Below are positions 17,603-28,277 of a stretch of DNA of 64,000 nt, piece by piece. The stretch covers positions 25,853 through 89,852 of the forward strand of contig QHUT01000068.1 of assembly GCA_003222055.1 (NCBI GenBank), written 5' to 3'. Source of the stretch: Gemmatimonadota bacterium (GTDB lineage Bacteria; Gemmatimonadota; Gemmatimonadetes; Gemmatimonadales; GWC2-71-9). The notes beneath the pieces are model-generated. The model was not told the origin of the DNA. It made no database searches and saw only the letters and a program-made list of their open reading frames with translations. The translations under genes were made by a program, and so were the position numbers. Positions within the stretch are counted from its first letter, which is position 1. Each line of letters begins with the position of its first letter.

Positions 17603-18865
17603 TCAGCGGAACAGCCGGCGCCCCAGGATCGCCTCCAGGCCCGCGAGCGCGAGTCGCGTAGCGTAGCGCGTCTGGACGACGTCCGATCCCGCCTGTGTCA
17701 GCTGCACCTGCGCATCCACCAGCTCGAGGATGGTCGCCGCGCCCGCGCGGTAGCGTTGGTCCTGTACGCGGAAATTCTCGCCGGCAGTGGCGAGGGCCCG
17801 GATCGACAGGGCGTAATTGTCGCGTGCCGTGGTGTAGGTCTCGTACGCCTCGGTGACGTCCCGCCGGGCCGCTCGCTCGACGTCCTCCCGGGCCGCGCGC
17901 GCCACGTCGCGATTCACGCGTGCCGAGGTGATCGCGATCTCCCGCGCGCCGCCGGACCAGATCGGCATGGTCACGCGGAACGTGACGAGCGACAGGCTCC
18001 GCACTTCGGGAAAGAAATGCGTGTCGAAGTGCTGGTTTTCGCCGGAGAGGGTCAGCTCGGGGAGATACGTCCCGCGGGCGCCGGCGAGCAGGGCCGCGGC
18101 GGCGCGCTCGTTGGCGCGCGCGATGCGGAACCGGGGCCCCTCGTGCAGCGCCAGGCGCACGCCCTCCTCGAGCGAGATCGGGAGCTGAGGCGCCAGCACC
18201 GTGTCGAGCGGCCGCGCGGCCACCGGTCCGGGCGCGCCCACGCGCCGGCCCAGCTGGAGTCGGGCCACGGCGAGCGACACCTCCTGGCGGGCGGAGTCGA
18301 TCTCGGCCCGCGTTTCCTCCAGGGCCACCTGGAGCGAGTCGGTCTGCACGGCCACTCCCTGGGTGACGCGGGCGCGCGCCACCGCCAGCTGCTCGCGCGC
18401 CCGGTTGAGCCGCTCGGTGGCGACCCGCAACAGCTCCTGGTTCGCCAGGACATCGTAGTAATCCGCTTCCGTCGCCATGGCGGTCTGGAAGCGCTGTGCG
18501 AGCTCCCCCGCCGCCGCGGCCTCGTGGCCGGCGTCGGTCGCCGCGAGATCGACGATCTTACGCACGGAGAGGAGCTCGTAGCCCGCCGTGACATGCGTCG
18601 TCACCGCGCTCGTCCCCGGTTGGCCGGTTCCCGGGTTGAAGAAAGGGGACGAGTATTTCGTGGCGTCCACGCCGATCTCGAGGGACGGCACGATGAACGC
18701 GAGCCGGGCCGCGCGCCGGGCCCAGGCGGCGTTGTCCACCTGCCCCAGGGCGCTCACGTACGCCGGATCGAGCCTGGCGGCGCGCTCGATCGCCTCGCCC
18801 AGCGAGACGCTCGGCAGCGTGTCCACGGCCAGCGGCAGGGCGAGCGCCAGCACGCCCAGTATCAA
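17603..18865 (-). CDS. TolC-family outer membrane efflux protein
   Basis: It has a signal peptide and two repeated coiled-coil halves. It is the last gene of the RND operon and overlaps the adaptor gene by 4 nt. Confidence 0.85.
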   Translation of the reverse strand: MILGVLALALPLAVDTLPSVSLGEAIERAARLDPAYVSALGQVDNAAWARRAARLAFIVPSLEIGVDATKYSSPFFNPGTGQPGTSAVTTHVTAGYELLSVRKIVDLAATDAGHEAAAAGELAQRFQTAMATEADYYDVLANQELLRVATERLNRAREQLAVARARVTQGVAVQTDSLQVALEETRAEIDSARQEVSLAVARLQLGRRVGAPGPVAARPLDTVLAPQLPISLEEGVRLALHEGPRFRIARANERAAAALLAGARGTYLPELTLSGENQHFDTHFFPEVRSLSLVTFRVTMPIWSGGAREIAITSARVNRDVARAAREDVERAARRDVTEAYETYTTARDNYALSIRALATAGENFRVQDQRYRAGAATILELVDAQVQLTQAGSDVVQTRYATRLALAGLEAILGRRLFR

Positions 18866-19980
18866 CGCTGCTCCACCGGCTGGACTCGCGCGCCCTCGGC
18901 GACGCTCTCCCCCAGGTTCAGGGCGACGCGCTCTCCCGGCGCGACGCCGCCGGCGATCTGGGCGCTCTGGCCGTCGTCACGGGCCACGACCACGCGCCGG
19001 AACCCGACGCGGTCCGCCGAGTCCACCACCGCGACGAGCGTGGTGTCGCCGCGTACGATCAGGGCGCCGGCCGGCAGCTCCGGGTAACCGCGCCCCCTGG
19101 CGGCGAGCTTCACCGTCACGTAGCTCCCGGGGAAAATGCCGCCGCCCCGGTTCTCGAGGTCGACCTCGGCGAGCAGCGTGCGCGTCCGCGGGTCGAGCAA
19201 CCCGCTGACGCGCGTCACGCGCGAGACGAGACGCACCTCGGGCCGGTCGGGCATCGTGATCTCCGCCGGCGTGCCGACGTCCACGAGCGGGGCATCCTGC
19301 TGGTCCACGTACGCGTACACCCGCAGGCGCCCCGTCTCCGACACGGTGAGGACGGGAAGCGCCCCCGTCTGCGCGTTGGTCGCGTTCTGCATCAGCGCCC
19401 CGGGATCGGCGTAGCGGGCGGTCACGCGTCCAGTGAAGGGCGCCCGGATGACCTCGTACGACTTGAGCGTCTCGATCGCCTTCAGGTTGGCTTCGGCGAC
19501 CGTTGCGTCGGTCTCGTAGCGCTCGGCCTCCTGCGCGGAGCTGGCGTTCTGCTTCGCGAGGGCGCGGAACCGGTCGGCGTTGACGCGCTTGTTGCGCGCG
19601 TCGGCGAGCGCCGCCTCGTACTGCTGGTCCAGCTCCGGGGACTCGATGACCGCGAGCACCTGCCCCGCCCCCACGGCATCGCCCTTGTCGACCAGGATCT
19701 GCCGCAGGTAGCCGCTCACCTTGGCGTACAGCGTGACCGCCGCGTACGGCCGCGCCTCGCCCAGAAGCGTGAGCGTCTGGACGCCCTGTGGCGCCGTCAC
19801 GCGCGCCACGCGCACGTGGGGGCCCGCCGCCACGTCGGCCGCGCGCGCCCGCCCCTCCGCGCGCACCAGACTGACCTTGCGGGCGAGCAGAGCGGCGACG
19901 ATGGCGACCGACGCCACCATCGACACCACGCCCCCGACGAACAGCCGGCGTCCGGACCGGGACCGACGCATTTCGGTCAT
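18862..19980 (-). CDS. RND efflux periplasmic adaptor (membrane fusion protein)
   Basis: Starts at MTEMRRSRSGRRLFVGGVVSMVASVAIV. It has lipoyl/beta-barrel-like motifs, and its ATG overlaps the pump stop. Confidence 0.85.
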   Translation of the reverse strand: MTEMRRSRSGRRLFVGGVVSMVASVAIVAALLARKVSLVRAEGRARAADVAAGPHVRVARVTAPQGVQTLTLLGEARPYAAVTLYAKVSGYLRQILVDKGDAVGAGQVLAVIESPELDQQYEAALADARNKRVNADRFRALAKQNASSAQEAERYETDATVAEANLKAIETLKSYEVIRAPFTGRVTARYADPGALMQNATNAQTGALPVLTVSETGRLRVYAYVDQQDAPLVDVGTPAEITMPDRPEVRLVSRVTRVSGLLDPRTRTLLAEVDLENRGGGIFPGSYVTVKLAARGRGYPELPAGALIVRGDTTLVAVVDSADRVGFRRVVVARDDGQSAQIAGGVAPGERVALNLGESVAEGARVQPVEQR

Positions 19981-22900
19981 CACGTTTCCCCTCTCTCTTC
20001 CGCCAGGAACCGCTCGTCCAGCAAGTGACCCGTCGGCGGCGCGGTCCGGATCAAGGAGTACACGACGGGGACCACGAACAGCGTCGCCGCGGTCGCGAGC
20101 ACCAGCCCGCCGATGACCGCACGACCGAGGGGCGCGTTCTGCTCGCCCCCCTCGCCCAGCCCCACCGCCATCGGCACCATCCCGATGATCATCGCCAGCG
20201 CCGTCATCAGCACGGGACGGAGGCGCGTCTTCCCGGCCTCGAGCGCGGCGCCGAGGGCGTCGCCCCCTGTCTCCACCCGCCGGTCGTTGGCGAAGCTCAC
20301 GAGCAGGATGGAGTTGGACACGGCGATGCCCACCGCCATGATCGAGCCCATCAGCGACTCGACATTCAGCGTCGTGCCGGTGAGGGCGAGCATCCACAGG
20401 ATGCCCACCAGAGCGCCCGGGACGGCGGCCATGATGATGAACGGATCGAGCCAGGACTGAAACAACACTACCATCAGGCAGTACACCAGCACGATCGCCA
20501 GGATCAGGCCCAGTCCCAGGCTCCGGAACGACGCGGCCATCACCTCGCCCTGTCCCCGCACCGTGACTCGCATGCCGGGCGGCAGCGGACCAAGCGCGGC
20601 GATGCGCGAGCGGATGTCGCGCACCACACCGCCCAGGTCCCGACCCTCCACGCCCGCCTCGACGTCGAGCACCCGTTGCACCGTGTAATGGCTCACCACA
20701 CCGGGCGCGGACCCGGGATACACGCTCGCGACGTTGCCGAGCATCACGGCGGGCGCTTCGGGCGGCTCGGCGAGGGCCGGCGCGCCGCCCGCGTCGGCCG
20801 GCCGGCCGCCGGATGCGGACGTGAGCGGGGTGGCGAGCAGGCTCGGCACCGACGCGAGCCGGGCGATCGGCGTCTGCACCGCCACGGCATAGTTCACGTT
20901 GTTCGCCGGATTCAGGAAGAACGACGGTGCGATCAGCCCGCTCGACGAGAGCGAGATGAGCATGCTGTTCGCCACGTCCCGCTGGGTGAGCCCCAGCTGC
21001 GCGGCGCGCACCCGGTCCACCTGCACCTTGAGCGCGGGATAGTCGAGCACCTGGGCGACGTGCACGTCCACCGCGCCCGGCACCGTGCGGATGGCGTCTC
21101 GCAGGCGCCGCGCCACTTCGTAGGAGCGCCGCAGATTCGACCCCTCGATCTGCACGTCCACCGGCGCCGACACGCCGAAGTTCAGCACCTGGCTCACGAT
21201 GTCCGCCGGCTGGAAGTAGAAGCTCGAGCCCGGGAACGCCGCCGGGAGCGTCGCCCGCAACGCCCGCATGTAGCGCTCCGTGGGGTGATGCCCGGGCTTC
21301 AACGCGATCAGCACCTCGGCGTCCATCGCGCCGATGTTGTCGGTGGGGACGAACGCGAGGTTGTAGAACAGCGGCACGCCGATCATGTCGTTGATCGTCT
21401 CGAGCTCCTCGGCGGGGATGGTCTCGCGAATGCGACGCTCCACCTGCTCCACCAGCCGCTCGGTCTCCTCGATGCGAGTCCCCGCGGGCGCCCGGAAGTG
21501 CAGCTTCATCAGGCCCGCGTCCACGGCCGGGAAGAAGTCCGTCCCCACCACGGTGAGGAGCCCCACGCCGCCGAGCGACAGCACCAGCGCCAGCACCAGC
21601 GTGAAGCGGCGGTGCGCGAGCACCGTTTCGAGCGCCCGGCCGTACGCCGTCTGGAACCGGTCCCAGATCTCGTCCCGCTTGCGACGCAGCGTCGAGCGCG
21701 TGGCCGCCGCGTGCTCTTCCCCGGGCATCAACAGCCGGGCCAGCAGCGGCACCAGCGTCCGCGACAACACATAGGACGCGAGCATCGCGAACGCCACGGC
21801 GAGCGCGAGCGGCGTGAACAGGTACTTGGCCGGCCCGTACAGGAGCGCGACCGGGAAGAACACGATGCAGATCGCCAGGGTCGCCACGATGGCGGGCACC
21901 GCGACCTGCTGGGCCCCGTCCAGCACCGCCACCGTGAGCGGCTTGCCCAGGGCCCGGTTGCGGTGGATGTTCTCGATCGCGACGGTGGCGTCGTCAACCA
22001 GCATACCGATCGCGAGCGCCAGCCCGCCCAGGGTCATGATGTTGATCGTCTGGTTCGTGAACTTGAGTCCCAGGAACGCCGTGAAGATGGCGAGCGGGAT
22101 CGAGGTCGACACGATCACCACGCTGCGCCAGCTGCCGAGGAACGCGAAGATCATCAGCGACACGAGCACCGATGCGAGGATCGCCTCGCGCACCACGCCG
22201 GAGATCGCCGCCCGCACGAACAACGACTGGTCGAAGTCGATCTTCAGATCCAGGCCCTCCGGGGCCACCGCCTGAATCGCGGGAATCGCCCGGCGCGTCG
22301 CTTCGACTACCGCCAGCGTGGACGCATCGGCGTGCTTCAGGATGGCGAGATAGGTCGCGCGCTTGCCGTTCACGCGCACGATGTTGGACTGCTCGGCGTA
22401 GCTGTCGGACACGCGCGCCACGTCTCCCAGCAGCACCGGTGCCCCATTCACGACTTTGAGGGGAATGCGCTCGAACTCCGCCACCGCGGACGGGCTCGAG
22501 TTCAAGGCCACGTTGTACTCGGTGGAGCCGACGCGCGCCGTGCCCGCGGGGACGATGACGTTCGACACCTGCAGGGCGCTGACCACGTCGGCCGGCGACA
22601 GCCCCTTCGCCGCCAGCGCCTGCGGGTCGATGTCGATCGAGATCTGCCGCTGTCGGCCGCCGAACGGCGCCGGCGTCGAGAGCCCGGGAATCGTGAACAG
22701 CCGCACCCGGATGAAGTTCAGCCCATAGTCGAAGATCCGGTCCTCGGGGAGCGTCGCGCTCGAGGCCGTGAGCTGGGCCACCGGTACGTTGGAAGCGTTG
22801 AATTGGACCAGCGTGGGTGGCTGCATCCCCGGCGGCGCGATGCGCAGGATGGTGCTCGACAGCGCGCCGATCTGCGCGATGGCGCCGCCGATGTCCGTCC

Positions 22901-23195
22901 CGGGCTGGAAGTAGATCTTGAGCAGGCCGATCCCGGGAATCGACTGTGACTCGATGCGCTCGATGCCGTTGACCGTGGTCGAGAAGCCGCGCTCGCTGAT
23001 GATCACCACGCGCCGCTCCATCTCCTCGGCCGAGAGTCCCGGATAGTTCCACACCACGGCCACCACCGGGATGTCAATGGCGGGAAAAATGTCCACGATC
23101 ATGCGCGTGAGGGACAACGTGCCCAGGACGAGGATGAGCAGCGCCATGACGGCAATGGTGTAAGGCCGGCGCAGCGCCAACCGGACGATCCACAT
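19980..23195 (-). CDS. RND efflux transporter permease (AcrB/CzcA superfamily)
   Basis: 1071 aa from MWIVRLALRRPYTIAVMALLILVLG, with 12-TM architecture and two large loops. The upstream about 500 codons of the 1572-aa ORF are rejected. Confidence 0.95.
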   Translation of the reverse strand: MWIVRLALRRPYTIAVMALLILVLGTLSLTRMIVDIFPAIDIPVVAVVWNYPGLSAEEMERRVVIISERGFSTTVNGIERIESQSIPGIGLLKIYFQPGTDIGGAIAQIGALSSTILRIAPPGMQPPTLVQFNASNVPVAQLTASSATLPEDRIFDYGLNFIRVRLFTIPGLSTPAPFGGRQRQISIDIDPQALAAKGLSPADVVSALQVSNVIVPAGTARVGSTEYNVALNSSPSAVAEFERIPLKVVNGAPVLLGDVARVSDSYAEQSNIVRVNGKRATYLAILKHADASTLAVVEATRRAIPAIQAVAPEGLDLKIDFDQSLFVRAAISGVVREAILASVLVSLMIFAFLGSWRSVVIVSTSIPLAIFTAFLGLKFTNQTINIMTLGGLALAIGMLVDDATVAIENIHRNRALGKPLTVAVLDGAQQVAVPAIVATLAICIVFFPVALLYGPAKYLFTPLALAVAFAMLASYVLSRTLVPLLARLLMPGEEHAAATRSTLRRKRDEIWDRFQTAYGRALETVLAHRRFTLVLALVLSLGGVGLLTVVGTDFFPAVDAGLMKLHFRAPAGTRIEETERLVEQVERRIRETIPAEELETINDMIGVPLFYNLAFVPTDNIGAMDAEVLIALKPGHHPTERYMRALRATLPAAFPGSSFYFQPADIVSQVLNFGVSAPVDVQIEGSNLRRSYEVARRLRDAIRTVPGAVDVHVAQVLDYPALKVQVDRVRAAQLGLTQRDVANSMLISLSSSGLIAPSFFLNPANNVNYAVAVQTPIARLASVPSLLATPLTSASGGRPADAGGAPALAEPPEAPAVMLGNVASVYPGSAPGVVSHYTVQRVLDVEAGVEGRDLGGVVRDIRSRIAALGPLPPGMRVTVRGQGEVMAASFRSLGLGLILAIVLVYCLMVVLFQSWLDPFIIMAAVPGALVGILWMLALTGTTLNVESLMGSIMAVGIAVSNSILLVSFANDRRVETGGDALGAALEAGKTRLRPVLMTALAMIIGMVPMAVGLGEGGEQNAPLGRAVIGGLVLATAATLFVVPVVYSLIRTAPPTGHLLDERFLAEERGET

Positions 23196-23411
23196 GCGAC
23201 GCTCCTTACTGGGCTGAACGGCGAACTGACGAAGTAACCTCGAAAAACGCGCCGCCCCACCGCCTGGTTCCGCGCCAAAATTACCCCGTTTGGCGGACGC
23301 CTGCCGTGGCGCAAGGGCCACGGCCCGGGCTGAAACGCCGGGCCCCGGCTGGCGCCGCGCCGCCTTCGGCGCCATGCTATCCCTCCCCCGCGCCCGAGGT
23401 CTCCGTCCCGC

Positions 23412-26400
23412 ATGGCCCGCCTGCTGGCCGTTATCGCGTCCGTTCTGCTGCTCGTCCCCACCGCCCGAACCCAGCAGACCGACACCACGCTGTGGGCGCA
23501 CCTGCGGTACCGCTTCGTCGGGCCCGAGGGCAACCGCGCGGTGGCGGTGGCCGGAGAGCCCGGCAATCCGCTGGTCGCCTACGTGGGCGCCGCCTCGGGG
23601 GGAATCTGGAAGACCGAAGACGGCGGCGTGCATTGGCGCGCGGTGTTTGACAGCCAGCCGGCCCAGGCGATCGGCGCCATCGCGATGGCGCCCTCGGCGC
23701 ACAACGTCCTCTGGGCGGGCACGGGCGAGACGTTCTTCATTCGATCGACGACCGCGCTCGGGAACGGCGTTTACCGTTCCACCGACGCGGGCCGGAGCTG
23801 GCAGCGCAGCGGCCTCGATTCGACGGGTCGGATCGCACGGGTCGTGATCCACCCGGCGAACCCGGACGTGGTGCTGGTGTGCGCGCTGGGGCGGGCGTAC
23901 GGGCCGCAACCGCAACGCGGCGTGTACCGCACCGTGGATGGCGGCAGGACGTGGACGCGGGTGCTGTTCGTGGATCCCCACACAGGCTGTTCCGACCTGG
24001 CCATCGATCCCGGCGACCCCAATACGTTGTTCGCCGGCATGTGGCAGTTCGAGGTGAAAACATGGCACCTGCAGAGCGGCGGCCCGGGGAGCGGCCTGTG
24101 GGTGTCGCGCGACGGAGGCGCGACGTGGAAGCGCCTCACGGGGCACGGGCTTCCCGACGCCTCGCACGTCGTAGGCAAGATCGCCGTGGCCGTCGCCCCC
24201 TCGAACCCCAATACCGTCTACGCGTTGATCGAAGATCAGGATCCCACGCTGTACCGCAGCGACGACCGCGGCGCGACCTGGCGCGTGGTGAGCCGGGATC
24301 ACACGATGGCCGAGCGCGCGCCCTACTACGTGCGCTTCGCCGTCGCGCCGGACGACGAGGAGCGGCTGTACTTCGTCTCGGTACGCTTCAGCATGTCGCG
24401 CGACGGCGGCCGCACGCTGGCCCGCTCGGGCTACGAGGGAGGCGGCGACAACCACGACATCTGGATCGATCCCTTGAACCCCGACCGCTTCATGGTCGCG
24501 CACGACGGCGGGGCGAGCATCACGCTCAACCGCGGCCGGACGTTCATGCGCATCGTGCTGCCGATCGCCCAGATGTACCACGTGTACGCCGACACGCGCG
24601 CCCCCTACTATGTGTACGGCAACCGCCAGGACGGCTCCTCCTACCGCATGCCGAGCCGCAGCCTGGCGGACGGCATCTCGGAGGGAGCGTGGCAGCACGT
24701 GGGAGGCTGCGAGAGCGGGTTCGGGATACCGGACACCGTGGACAACGCGACGGTCTGGTCCGGATGCTACGACGGGGGACTCGAAGTCTACGACGCGCGC
24801 ACGGGCAACGCGCGCAACGTGCGCGTCTGGCCGGAAGCCGGGTACGGGTGGCGGCCGGCCGACTTGAAGTACCGCTGGAACTGGACCTTCCCGATCATGA
24901 TCTCACCGCACGATCACCGGCGGGTGTACGTGGGGAGCCAGTACCTCCACGTCACGACCGACGGCGGCGCGAGCTGGAAGGTGGTGAGCCCCGATCTCAC
25001 CCGCAACGACACGAGCCATCAGCAGAGCTCCGGCGGCGTCACGACGGATAACCTGATGACCTTCGACGGCGCGACACTGTTCGCGCTGGCGGAGTCGCCC
25101 GTGCACGCGGGGGTGATTTGGGCGGGCTCGAACGACGGCCTGGTGCACGTCACGCGCGACGGCGGGACGACCTGGACGGACCTGACGGGCAACGTGCCGA
25201 AGCTCGCGCCCTGGGGAAAGATCTCGAACATCGAGCCGTCGCGCTTCGACGTCGGGACGGCCTACATCTCGGTCGACGTGCACGAGCTGGACGACCTCGA
25301 TCCCTACATTTTCAAGACCGCGGACTTCGGCGGGAGCTGGAAGCGGATCTCGGAGGGCTTGCCGCGCTCGCCGCTGGGGTTCGTCCACGTGGTGCGCGAG
25401 GACCCGGCGCGGCGGGGCATGCTGTTCGCGGGCACGGAGAGCGGCGTCTACGTGACGTTCGACGACGGCGGCCACTGGGCGCCGCTGCAGACCAACCTGC
25501 CACACGCCCCCATCTCGTGGATCACGGTGCAGCCGCACTTCCACGACCTGGTGGTCGCGACCTACGGGCGGGGGATCTGGATCCTGGATGATATCTCGCC
25601 GCTGGAAGCCCCCGATTTCCCCGCCCTGACGGGCGGGGCCATGTTGTTCAAACCGCGCCCCGCGTATCGGTTCCGGTCTCAGCAGGGGATTGCGAGCGCT
25701 CCGAACAGCGCCGTGCGAGTGGACAGCGTGCCCGAGGGCGCGGATCTCACGTACTTCGTGCCGGCGTCGCTCGCCGATACGGCCGCGATGCCCGACAGCG
25801 CGCACCCGCGCCGCCCCGCTAAGATCGTCGTGCTGGGCGCGAGCGGCGACACGGTGCGCGTACTCGAGGGCGAGCGCAAGCCGGGGTTGAATCGGGTGTG
25901 GTGGGACCTGCGCTACACCCGGCCCACCGTGCCGAAGCTGCGGACGCCCCCGCCCGGCAAGCCGTTCGTGCGGACCGGGCCGGACGGCACGCGCCCGCTC
26001 GTCAGCTGGGACCTGGATCTCTCGCTGCACGGACCCCTCGTACCACCGGGCGGCTACCAGGTGCGGCTCACGGTCGGCGACAGCGCGGCGAGCGCCGCGA
26101 CGCTCACCCAACCGCTCACCGTGCTCAAGGACCCCAACACCGCCGCGAGCGACTCGGACGTCGCGGCGCAGACCCGGCTGGCGCTCGCCATCCGGGCCGC
26201 GCAGGACAGCGCGGCGCGCATGATCAACCGGCTGGAGTGGGTGCGGAAGCAGCTCGCCGACCTGAGCGGTCAGCTGCGGGGCGACACCGCGCTCGCGGGT
26301 GACTCGAGCGCGAAGCGGCTCGCCGGCCTCGCCGACTCGCTCGACCGGCACGCCAGCGCCGTAGAGGGCGCGCTGTTCGACGTGCACCTGACCGGTGCGC

Positions 26401-26672
26401 GCGAGGACGCGTTCCGCAGCCCGATGCAGCTGTACGGCCGGCTGGCGGCGTTGCAGTCCGACGTGTCCGAGAGCGGAGCCGACTTCGCGCCCACCACGCA
26501 GCAGCAGGCGGTATACGAGCTGCTCACCCGGCGGCTCGGCGACGCGTCGGCCCGGTTCGCCGCCTTGATGGAGCCGGAGCTGCGCGCGTTCGGTGCCGAG
26601 CTGCGCAAGGCGCCGTTGAAAGACGTCATCTCGGCGATCGATTACCCATCGCCGGCGCGCCCCGGACCCTGA
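23412..26672 (+). CDS. Secreted BNR/sortilin (VPS10)-like beta-propeller repeat protein
   Basis: It has a signal peptide and repeated S/T-x-D-x-G-x-T-W motifs (TEDGGVHW, STDAGRSW, TVDGGRTW, SRDGGATW, SDDRGATW, TTDGGASW, TRDGGTTW). Confidence 0.8.
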   Translation: MARLLAVIASVLLLVPTARTQQTDTTLWAHLRYRFVGPEGNRAVAVAGEPGNPLVAYVGAASGGIWKTEDGGVHWRAVFDSQPAQAIGAIAMAPSAHNVLWAGTGETFFIRSTTALGNGVYRSTDAGRSWQRSGLDSTGRIARVVIHPANPDVVLVCALGRAYGPQPQRGVYRTVDGGRTWTRVLFVDPHTGCSDLAIDPGDPNTLFAGMWQFEVKTWHLQSGGPGSGLWVSRDGGATWKRLTGHGLPDASHVVGKIAVAVAPSNPNTVYALIEDQDPTLYRSDDRGATWRVVSRDHTMAERAPYYVRFAVAPDDEERLYFVSVRFSMSRDGGRTLARSGYEGGGDNHDIWIDPLNPDRFMVAHDGGASITLNRGRTFMRIVLPIAQMYHVYADTRAPYYVYGNRQDGSSYRMPSRSLADGISEGAWQHVGGCESGFGIPDTVDNATVWSGCYDGGLEVYDARTGNARNVRVWPEAGYGWRPADLKYRWNWTFPIMISPHDHRRVYVGSQYLHVTTDGGASWKVVSPDLTRNDTSHQQSSGGVTTDNLMTFDGATLFALAESPVHAGVIWAGSNDGLVHVTRDGGTTWTDLTGNVPKLAPWGKISNIEPSRFDVGTAYISVDVHELDDLDPYIFKTADFGGSWKRISEGLPRSPLGFVHVVREDPARRGMLFAGTESGVYVTFDDGGHWAPLQTNLPHAPISWITVQPHFHDLVVATYGRGIWILDDISPLEAPDFPALTGGAMLFKPRPAYRFRSQQGIASAPNSAVRVDSVPEGADLTYFVPASLADTAAMPDSAHPRRPAKIVVLGASGDTVRVLEGERKPGLNRVWWDLRYTRPTVPKLRTPPPGKPFVRTGPDGTRPLVSWDLDLSLHGPLVPPGGYQVRLTVGDSAASAATLTQPLTVLKDPNTAASDSDVAAQTRLALAIRAAQDSAARMINRLEWVRKQLADLSGQLRGDTALAGDSSAKRLAGLADSLDRHASAVEGALFDVHLTGAREDAFRSPMQLYGRLAALQSDVSESGADFAPTTQQQAVYELLTRRLGDASARFAALMEPELRAFGAELRKAPLKDVISAIDYPSPARPGP

Positions 26673-26759
26673 CGCAGCGACGCCCGCGACTCAGACGGCA
26701 TTGGCCCAGGCCCGCGGGTTGCAGGGTACGCCCCGCCGAGGCCCGAGCCGGAGGTTCCT

Positions 26760-27314
26760 ATGGGTCTGACGTTCGAGCAAGCACATTGGATCGTCGGGGC
26801 AGAGCTGTGTGCCCTCTCCGTGACGCTGCTGTTGTACGAATTGCAGGTATGGCCGGCGCGCGGGCTGCGCTACGCCCTCGGTGCCACGCTCCTGGTGTTA
26901 GCGGCCGAGGGCGTGCTGTTTCCGGCGATCGAAGGGGCCCTGACCCCGGAGCGGTTCGATGCCACGACGGCTCAGCACCTGCTCCTGGCCGCGCTGTGCC
27001 TGCTCGTCGGGCTGGTGGAGCTGTGGCGCGCCGCACGCGACATGCAGGGGGGAGGGTCGCGGGCCGCGCTGCCGCTCGGCCTGCTCGCGACCAGCGCCAT
27101 CTTCGTGTTCCACGCGCAGCACCACAGCGCGGCCCCGCGCGTGCTTCTCACGGTGCAGCATCGCATCCTCGGCGCATCGCTCGCGGTCGGCGGGCTGACC
27201 AGGGGAGCGGCGGAGCTGCCCGTTCCGGCCGCGCGGTCGTTCAAGACCGCGTGGCTGGTGCCGCTGTTTCTCGCGGGCGTCCAACTGCTGCTGTACACCG
27301 AAACGAGTGGCTGA
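26760..27314 (+). CDS. Integral membrane protein, unknown function
   Basis: It has 5-6 hydrophobic helices, and GGAGG lies upstream of the ATG. Confidence 0.6.
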   Translation: MGLTFEQAHWIVGAELCALSVTLLLYELQVWPARGLRYALGATLLVLAAEGVLFPAIEGALTPERFDATTAQHLLLAALCLLVGLVELWRAARDMQGGGSRAALPLGLLATSAIFVFHAQHHSAAPRVLLTVQHRILGASLAVGGLTRGAAELPVPAARSFKTAWLVPLFLAGVQLLLYTETSG

Positions 27315-27330
27315 GGCCCGAGGGCCTCAG
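27311..27330. terminator. Bidirectional hairpin CTGAGGCCC-GA-GGGCCTCAG between convergent genes
   Basis: Perfect 9-bp stem overlapping both stop codons (27312-27314 and 27327-27329). Confidence 0.6.
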
Positions 27331-28187
27331 TTGTCACGCGTGGACGCGACGGATGTGTCGCCCACCAGCTCCTCACTCAGGCGCCACAAGCGGCGGCGCG
27401 CTTCCAGATCATATGCCTGGGGCTGCGCTCGCGCGTCCTCGAGGCGATCGAAATAGCGACCGCTAACACCTTCGAGCTCGGGAGCGATCACGAGCGGCAG
27501 CACCGCCGCCACGCCGTCGGCGATCGTGCTCAGAGTGTAGCCGAACGCCTCGTACACCATCTTGGTGTTCATGAGCGACGCGGGGTGCACGGCATTGACG
27601 GTGACGTGCGCGTCGCCCGTACTGCGCAGCCGCTCCGCCAGGTCGAACGTGAAGGAAATGAGCGCGAGCTTCGCCTGAGAGTACGCGCGCATCCCGTCGT
27701 ACCTCCGCTCGAGCATCACGTCGTCGAAATCGACGGGCGCCTGTCCCACCGACGCGACGTTGACGATTCGTGCGGGCGCCGACCGGGAGAGCAGCGGTAA
27801 CAGCAGCCGTGTGAGAAGGAACGGCGCGAGGTAGTTGACGGCGAAGCGGAGCTCATACCCGTCGGCGCTCACCTCGCGCTGCGACCCAGGGGGGCCGCTT
27901 CCCAGCGCGGCGTTGTTCACGAGCACGTCGAGCCGCGGCTGGTCGCGCTCGATCTCCCGCGCGAGACCTCGGACGGCGTCGAGCGAGGACAAGTCGGCCC
28001 GATAGCGGTGCACGCGGTCGCTGCCGCTGCTCCGCCGGACGTCGTGCTCGGTCGCTGCCAAGCGCTCCGCGCTTCGGCCATGCAGCAGCACCGTCGCCCC
28101 CCGTACGCCGAGCTCGCGCGCGAGCGCGTGGCCGAGGCCGTCGGTGGCGCCGGTGATGAGGATCGTCTGCTGGTCGATCGGGAGCAT
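27327..28187 (-). CDS. Short-chain dehydrogenase/reductase
   Basis: It has TILITGATDGLGHALA, NNAA and YSQAKLA motifs. ATG at 28187. Confidence 0.85.
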   Translation of the reverse strand: MLPIDQQTILITGATDGLGHALARELGVRGATVLLHGRSAERLAATEHDVRRSSGSDRVHRYRADLSSLDAVRGLAREIERDQPRLDVLVNNAALGSGPPGSQREVSADGYELRFAVNYLAPFLLTRLLLPLLSRSAPARIVNVASVGQAPVDFDDVMLERRYDGMRAYSQAKLALISFTFDLAERLRSTGDAHVTVNAVHPASLMNTKMVYEAFGYTLSTIADGVAAVLPLVIAPELEGVSGRYFDRLEDARAQPQAYDLEARRRLWRLSEELVGDTSVASTRDN

Positions 28188-28248
28188 CGTGGACAGGGTG
28201 TGAACTGTGTCGCGCGTCACATGGTTCCCGGTCCCGGTGGTCCGCGCC

Positions 28249-28277
28249 TTGACACCTGTTTCGGTCGTGTCTAGAGT
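28249..28277 (+). promoter_or_regulatory. Sigma-70-like promoter (TTGACA, 17 bp, TAGAGT)
   Basis: The -35 hexamer is at 28249-28254 and the -10 at 28272-28277, with an exact 17-bp spacer. It lies about 180 nt upstream of the HAD gene. Confidence 0.5.

Noticed and set aside
20025-22949. Very long antisense ORFs (this one at 974 aa, and also 2873..4495, 32662..34545, 50740..52104, 52359..54569, 41748..43229 and 13238..15379).
   Set aside because: Each lies opposite a gene with clear family motifs. Their translations are dominated by Arg, Ala, Gly and Pro with no recognisable motif. They are shadow ORFs caused by stop-codon depletion at high GC.
19980-24698. A 1572-aa ORF suggesting a giant RND-fusion protein.
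   Set aside because: RND homology begins at MWIVRLALRRPYT (ATG 23195). The upstream about 500 codons are Arg/Ala/Gly-rich and lie antisense to the BNR-repeat gene at 23412-26672, so they are an open-frame artefact of GC-rich DNA.
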